Source of the DNA: Candidatus Nanohalarchaeota archaeon
GTDB taxonomy: Archaea; EX4484-52
Assembly (NCBI GenBank): GCA_030632385.1
Contig: DAOVUW010000001.1
Coordinates: 1 to 34,029, forward strand
Direction: 5' to 3'
DNA length: 34,029 nucleotides
A program made the translations under genes and the position numbers. This document shows positions 32,773 through 34,029 of the stretch, piece after piece; the first letter of the stretch is position 1, and each line of letters opens with the position of its first letter. The notes beneath the pieces were generated by a model. It did no database searches. It saw nothing but the letters and a program-made list of their open reading frames with translations, and was not told where the DNA came from.

Positions 32773-33942
32773 TTATTTTACTATTTTTCTGTATTCCTTC
32801 ACATTCAGCATTTTATCTGTCTTCACAAACAATCCGCTCAAATGGCAACGGGATGCATTAAACCCATTTTTTTTTAAACGAGATATCATTTCATTAGTCT
32901 TTAAAATATCCATTTTTGCTGTTTTTCCAAATTCATGGATAGAATAGCAGATTCCATCAATTTCATTTTCTTCTTTTATAATTTCAATGAAATCTTTCAT
33001 TTTCTTATCTTCTGTGTATGAGAGAAGTTTTTTGCAAAATCCTGTATCGTGCAAAGCTCCTGTCCATAAAGGACCCGCATAATTATATTTTTCCCCGCAA
33101 GAACATATTTTTAGATTATTGAACAAATCCAACTCTACAAACTTTCGTTCCATGCATTTTGAACAATAAAGCATGTAACCGATATTTTTCATATTTTCTT
33201 TTAGTTTTCCTTTGGATGATTTTCTTGACTCTCCAAAAAGGCGAAAATAATGCCTTTTTGAAAATGAAAGAAGAGGATGATATATTTTTTCATGCATAGC
33301 AGAAATTATATTTATTTTGGCAATCAAAATTCTTAAAGCAATTTCATGCATATTGTCTATATGCGCAGGCTTTGCAAAATAGCGTATAAAACATGTTTTG
33401 GGATATGTACCGCACAAAGGTGCTGTATCTGTATAAGTTGTTGCAAGAATGGATTTGTGCATTGAATTTGCAAAAAAGGAATTCAGGAAATAAACACTGC
33501 TGCCAAAAGGATCAATATCGACAAAATCAAATTTATTTCTCAGAACCAAACAATTTGCATCTTTTTGGCTAAGAATAATTTTTTTATCGATTAAATCATC
33601 AAGTTTGTTTAGTCTTAAATTATTCTCTATTTGGCTTATTGCCTGTTGGTTTATGTCATTTGAATATATGGAAAATATTTGCTTTTTGTATTTTTTTTCA
33701 ATTTTTTCAAGTTCCTTAAAATATCTTATTGTCCTTATCCCGCTTGCCGCCATTGAATCGCACACCAAATAACTATCTCTTCCCTCTATTTTCGATTCAA
33801 AATTGCACGCCAGAACAAGACATGAAATATCCCTGTTGAATTTCATTTCAGGATTAAAGAAAACCTCTGCTTTGCTGGTAATTTTTTCAAATGCAGGTAT
33901 TTCGACAATTGAATCTTCTTCTTTTTGAATTGAATTTGGCAT
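32773..33942 (-). CDS. trm1: tRNA (guanine-26 N2) dimethyltransferase Trm1
   Basis: VFFNPEMKFNRDIS, AASGIRTIRY, FDFVDIDPFGS, TDTAPLCG, a zinc knuckle and GPLWTG. Confidence 0.95.
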   Translation of the reverse strand: MPNSIQKEEDSIVEIPAFEKITSKAEVFFNPEMKFNRDISCLVLACNFESKIEGRDSYLVCDSMAASGIRTIRYFKELEKIEKKYKKQIFSIYSNDINQQAISQIENNLRLNKLDDLIDKKIILSQKDANCLVLRNKFDFVDIDPFGSSVYFLNSFFANSMHKSILATTYTDTAPLCGTYPKTCFIRYFAKPAHIDNMHEIALRILIAKINIISAMHEKIYHPLLSFSKRHYFRLFGESRKSSKGKLKENMKNIGYMLYCSKCMERKFVELDLFNNLKICSCGEKYNYAGPLWTGALHDTGFCKKLLSYTEDKKMKDFIEIIKEENEIDGICYSIHEFGKTAKMDILKTNEMISRLKKNGFNASRCHLSGLFVKTDKMLNVKEYRKIVK

Positions 33943-33994
33943 ACTATCAGAAAAGTTATTATTTTAAAAAATATACCTTTATTATGTATTAAAT

Positions 33995-34029
33995 GTTGAG
34001 ATCGCATAGCTCGGTAGTGCGCCAGCCTG
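33995..34029 (+). tRNA. 5' half of a tRNA truncated by the window end (anticodon begins with G; isotype not determinable)
   Basis: GTTGAGA-TC-GCAT-AGCTCGGTA-GTGC-G-CCAGC-CTG gives a 7-nt acceptor strand, a D-stem with GG in the loop and an anticodon stem start. A TATA-like box lies about 25 nt upstream. Confidence 0.65.

Noticed and set aside
1..34029. CRISPR arrays, integrases, transposases, rRNA, defence or retroelement systems
   Set aside because: I found no regularly spaced repeats, recombinase/transposase/RT motifs or rRNA-like GC-rich segments.

Overview
This is an AT-rich, very compact archaeal window. Archaeal-type uS19/uL22/uS3/uL29/SUI1, aIF5B, class I CCA-adding enzyme, Trm1, Bud32, FtsZ and a PRC-barrel protein, together with short intergenic spaces and fragmented ribosomal operons, suggest a reduced DPANN-like genome (inference). 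Most of it is housekeeping, with two complete tRNAs (Asn-GTT, Ala-TGC) and one tRNA cut by the window end. The standout is a convergent pair of multidomain genes. The first encodes a tungstopterin aldehyde:ferredoxin oxidoreductase (AOR family) fused to two tandem 3-hexulose-6-phosphate synthase (HPS) barrels whose catalytic residues look split between the copies. The second encodes catalytically eroded HPS-like domains fused to tandem SIS (6-phospho-3-hexuloisomerase, PHI) domains. Together they look like a reverse ribulose-monophosphate (RuMP) module in which released formaldehyde is handed to a tethered oxidoreductase. Between them lies an accessory stretch: a bacterial-type DEAD-box helicase flanked by a diverged ~200-bp duplicate of the AOR-HPS 3' end, plus predicted surface proteins. 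Also present are a doubly disrupted 2-hydroxyacid dehydrogenase pseudogene followed by attC-like hairpins, a PAP2 phosphatase/polyprenol kinase fusion splitting two Tad-pilus genes, and a malic enzyme. All assignments come from motif recognition by eye; no searches were run.
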